Source: Candidatus Woesearchaeota archaeon (lineage in GTDB: Archaea; Nanobdellota; Nanobdellia; Woesearchaeales; ARS49). Taken from it: DNA of 64,000 nt. Of the stretch, positions 63,770 to 64,000 are shown in pieces. The translations under genes and the position numbers were made by a program. The notes under the pieces were generated by a model. It ran no database searches. It worked only from the letters and a program-made list of their open reading frames with translations, and was not told the origin of the DNA. The stretch covers positions 231 through 64,230 of the forward strand of contig JACQNC010000008.1 of NCBI GenBank assembly GCA_016203225.1, given 5' to 3'. The stretch's first letter is position 1; every line of letters begins with the position of its first letter.

Positions 63770-64000
63770 ATGGTTACGCAAACCCTCGAAAAAAGCATCG
63801 AAGAGAAGGTCAAACCTATCGTAGATGACGCCATGCAGAAGTTCCTCGGCGTGAAAGTGGCCGAGATCGAGAAGGACATCTCCACCAAGATCCAGCGCTC
63901 GCCCCTGATGGACTATGACGTCGATGTCACGTTGGGTTTCAAGAAAGCCAAGCTCGCGTTCAAGAAATGGTATCTCACTCGCCTTTTGCAGGCGAACATG
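63770..64000 (+). CDS. Truncated ORF, possibly a Fis-type HTH protein
   Basis: MVTQTLEKSIEEKVKPIVDDAMQKFLG...FKKAKLAFKKWYLTRLLQAN runs off the window; TTTAAATA upstream at ~63737. Confidence 0.5.
   Translation, partial: MVTQTLEKSIEEKVKPIVDDAMQKFLGVKVAEIEKDISTKIQRSPLMDYDVDVTLGFKKAKLAFKKWYLTRLLQANM

Noticed and set aside
1-64000. Alternative genetic code, stop-codon readthrough, rRNA or tRNA genes
   Set aside because: Conserved proteins end at TAA, TAG and TGA at expected lengths, and no rRNA or cloverleaf sequences were recognised.

Overview
GC-rich (about 60% in the lines I counted) archaeal chromosomal window using the standard stop codons. The gene content and style suggest a DPANN archaeon, probably Woesearchaeota-like (inference). 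From left to right: (i) an AT-rich tail (1-~960) with a CAP-domain gene end and a membrane protein gene; (ii) a divergent pair made of an 845-aa protein ending in a Cas4-like PD-(D/E)XK nuclease and a full-length family-B DNA polymerase homologue with degenerate catalytic motifs; (iii) housekeeping genes (rps8e, bacterial-type thrS, rps19e-rpl39e-rpl31e, cbf5, a vWA/MoxR/DUF58 operon, a pop5-psmA-SBDS-rrp4-rrp41-rrp42-rpoK run, endonuclease Q family, Na/Ca antiporter, NOG1 GTPase, pth2, MFS, rps6e); (iv) a ~25-kb block of large secreted or surface proteins (38-63 kb) containing a subtilase and two tandem paralogous modules, each starting with a large protein that carries a pilin-type signal peptide. 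The least expected sequence-level signal is a family of ~70-110-bp imperfect palindromes. It has at least 7 copies, each lying just downstream of a stop codon, and in one copy the core is inverted relative to the conserved flanks. No rRNA, tRNA, CRISPR array, cas1, integrase or transposase was recognised. All domain calls come from motif recognition by eye, without database searches.
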